From Octopus vulgaris (Eukaryota), in contig OX597814.1 in assembly GCA_951406725.2 (NCBI GenBank), forward strand, positions 75,950,001 to 76,014,000: a stretch of 64,000 nucleotides of DNA, in the 5' to 3' direction. The notes below the pieces were generated by a model. That model searched no databases. It was not told the DNA's origin and saw nothing but the letters and a program-made list of their open reading frames with translations. The position numbers and the translations under genes were made by a program. Shown in pieces: positions 63,986 to 64,000 of the stretch. The number at the start of each line of letters is the position of its first letter. Positions within the stretch are counted from its first letter, which is position 1.

Positions 63986-64000
63986 GAGTGTATTTTTACC

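Overview
AT-rich, microsatellite-dense eukaryotic DNA with no recognisable host protein-coding gene, so probably intronic or intergenic. The SINE/LINE families look like those I recall from octopus or other coleoid cephalopods (inference). The window is a layered collection of transposon remnants: a full-length mariner, a DD36E Tc1, a DD37D maT, a second Tc1, a Buster/Charlie-type hAT, a Chapaev3-like remnant and piggyBac-like MITEs. It also holds four R4/Dong-like RLE LINEs inserted in (TAA)n, several RTE LINEs (one lineage with a PHD finger in the RT and a SINE-like 3' module), a CRE-like LINE, CR1-like remnants, three Penelope-like (PLE) remnants and many tRNA-derived SINEs. The most interesting signal is a set of unrelated small non-coding elements carrying minimal type I hammerhead-ribozyme motifs. 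The best is a highly structured 360-nt monomer with a 45-bp terminal redundancy at 61444-61852 that looks like a retrozyme reverse-transcribed from a circular or tandem RNA. Most ORFs in the supplied track are microsatellite or antisense artefacts. All family assignments come from motif recognition by eye; no searches were run.
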